DNA from: Azolla caroliniana
Taxonomy: Eukaryota > Plantae > Polypodiophyta
Length of the DNA stretch: 64,000 bases
Assembly: GCA_043228905.1 (NCBI GenBank)
Contig: JBHGNT010000005.1
Span: 10,106,001 to 10,170,000 of the forward strand
Direction: 5' to 3'
Shown: positions 63,661 through 64,000 of the stretch, piece by piece
How the letters are laid out: every line of letters begins with the position of its first letter
Position numbering within the stretch: position 1 is the stretch's first letter
Notes under the pieces: generated by a model
What the model was told of the DNA's origin: nothing
Seen by the model: the letters and a program-made list of their open reading frames with translations, nothing else
Database searches by the model: none
Translations under genes and position numbers: made by a program

Positions 63661-64000
63661 GATGAAGAGACATATTCGCAAATATGTTTCTGGGAGTCCA
63701 TCGAGGCTATATTTGTAAATAGCCGAAAAGTCATATTAGTATAAATATGACTTAGGGCAAACTTTTTTGGTGAGTGTGGTTATCATTTCTTGTCTGCGTG
63801 AGATCAGAGCTCGCACAGTGTACAGAGAGAGAGAGAGTGAGAAAGAGGTCGTTGCGTCTATTGTAACCGCCGCCTGTGGCGAAGATCGTGAGCACGAGGT
63901 CGTTGCCTCCGTGAACTCACTGTTTGTACATTTCAACATAGTGATAGTTTGCAGCCTGTGGGCTGCCGTGGTTTTTTCCCTTAGTTTGGGTTTTCCATGT

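Overview
Land-plant nuclear DNA, probably a non-seed plant such as a fern (inferred from the Tcn1/sushi-type chromoviruses). Bases 1-29.9 kb hold a tandem array built from tRNA-Trp(CCA) genes on the minus strand. It is a higher-order repeat (about 0.87-1.6 kb) in which one near-intact tRNA-Trp alternates with 3-5 older, decayed tRNA-Trp monomers. The array is split by a Tf1/sushi-like Ty3/gypsy chromovirus (10995-26677, TSD GCAAC), which itself contains an Athila-like Ty3/gypsy element (14955-24926, TSD CATAT). The nested element carries an extra ~1000-codon ORF and has a tRNA-3'-end mimic where its polypurine tract should be. A second, young chromovirus lies at 30844-36414 (TSD CCAGT), followed by solo LTRs, LINE debris and a 634-bp fold-back element with TG..CA ends and a 5-bp TSD. 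The right part holds three host genes: a GDP-fucose transporter (GFT1/GONST4), a Di19 zinc-finger gene with an AT-AC U12 intron and a copia-filled 6.9-kb intron, and an SCP1-like CTD phosphatase. A decayed copia element closes the window. All coordinates and mismatch counts were read by eye.
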